A stretch of 63,791 nt of DNA, the filler included, from Chiloscyllium plagiosum (lineage: Eukaryota): NCBI RefSeq assembly GCF_004010195.1. It is 11 parts of 11 records of this genome, joined end to end, with 100 filler letters (N's around TTAATTAATTAA, not from the genome) between each part and the next. Parts side by side here need not be neighbours in the genome. Positions count along the whole stretch, not along the records: positions 62,454 to 63,791 come from NW_025148627.1; 10 more parts are not named here. One strand, 5' to 3'. How positions within the stretch are numbered: position 1 is the stretch's first letter; every line of letters starts with the position of its first letter. This document shows, piece after piece, positions 63,242 to 63,791 of the stretch. The notes under the pieces were generated by a model. The model had not been told where the DNA came from, made no database searches, and saw nothing but the letters and a program-made list of their open reading frames with translations. The position numbers were made by a program, and so were the translations under genes.

Positions 63242-63358
63242 GTAAGTGACCGGGGATCACCCCGGGGGAGGGGGGGGTGACTGGATCTCCCTCTGTGATT
63301 GGCTCCCTCTCTCTCTGTGATCCCTCCCTGTGATTGGCCCCCTCTCTATGATCCACAG

Positions 63359-63786
63359 GGATCCACACCTACCAGGTGATGTACGGCTGTGAGCTCCGGG
63401 AGGACGGCACCACCGGCGGGTTTTATCAGTTCGGCTGGGACGGCAGGGACTTCGTCAGCTTCGACAAGGACAGGATGGTGTGGGTGACCCCCGTCAGCTG
63501 GGGGGAGATCACCAAAAATAAATGGGACCAGATCCCGGGGCGCAACCAACAGAAGAAGGGTTACCTGGAGGGAATCTGCATCGATTGGCTGAACAAATAC
63601 CTGGAATACGGACAGGAGCAACTGACAGGGTGGTGTGGGTGACCCCCGTCAGCTGGGGGGAGATCACCAAAAATAAATGGGACCAGACCCCGGGGCTCAA
63701 CCAACAGAAGAAGGGTTACCTGGAGGGAATCTGCATCGATTGGCTGAACAAATACCTGAAATACGGACAGGAGCAACTGAGACCAG
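63359..63786 (+). CDS. S11 MHC class I alpha2 exon (UAA-like) with its 3' half tandemly duplicated
   Basis: GIHTYQVMYGCEL...WGEITKNKWD...YLEGICIDWLNKY; second copy from about 63628 ends at donor CAG|GTAAT. Confidence 0.88.
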
Positions 63787-63791
63787 GTAAT

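Noticed and set aside
1-63791. Physical linkage of Ig, MHC class I and non-rearranging receptor genes in one immune complex
   Set aside because: The pieces are separated by identical artificial spacers, so adjacency is an artifact of concatenation.

Overview
Cartilaginous-fish (shark) genomic DNA; an orectolobiform shark is plausible from resemblance to nurse-shark sequences as I recall them. The window is not one locus. It is 11 separate scaffolds joined by artificial 100-nt spacers (44 N + TTAATTAATTAA + 44 N), so co-occurrence says nothing about linkage. Each piece carries an Ig-superfamily or MHC gene. S1 (1-27316) has an open, non-rearranging antigen-receptor-like gene, leader-V(J)-C1-C1-TM (cytoplasmic exon unresolved), with a CGCG motif replacing the J-segment [F/W]GxG and a kappaB/ISRE/Ets/TATA promoter. 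S4 (39489-42953) has a divergent GC-rich relative, V(J)-C1-C1, with the same CGCG motif and identical C-exon lengths. Together they resemble the UrIg/UrIg2-type pre-RAG receptor family. S2 has another germline-joined VJ exon with a frameshifted leader. S3 has an IgM VH pseudogene with RSS and a D segment. S5 and S10 have nonclassical MHC class I genes lacking the alpha2 cysteines. S6 and S8 have IgM CH3/CH4 pseudogene pieces. S7 and S9 have Ig kappa C exons. S11 has a UAA-like class I gene with a divergent alpha1 exon. The background is CR1-type LINEs, HE1-type SINEs and Penelope-like fragments carrying minimal hammerhead-ribozyme cores. Exon boundaries were read by hand from splice signals; repeat boundaries are approximate.
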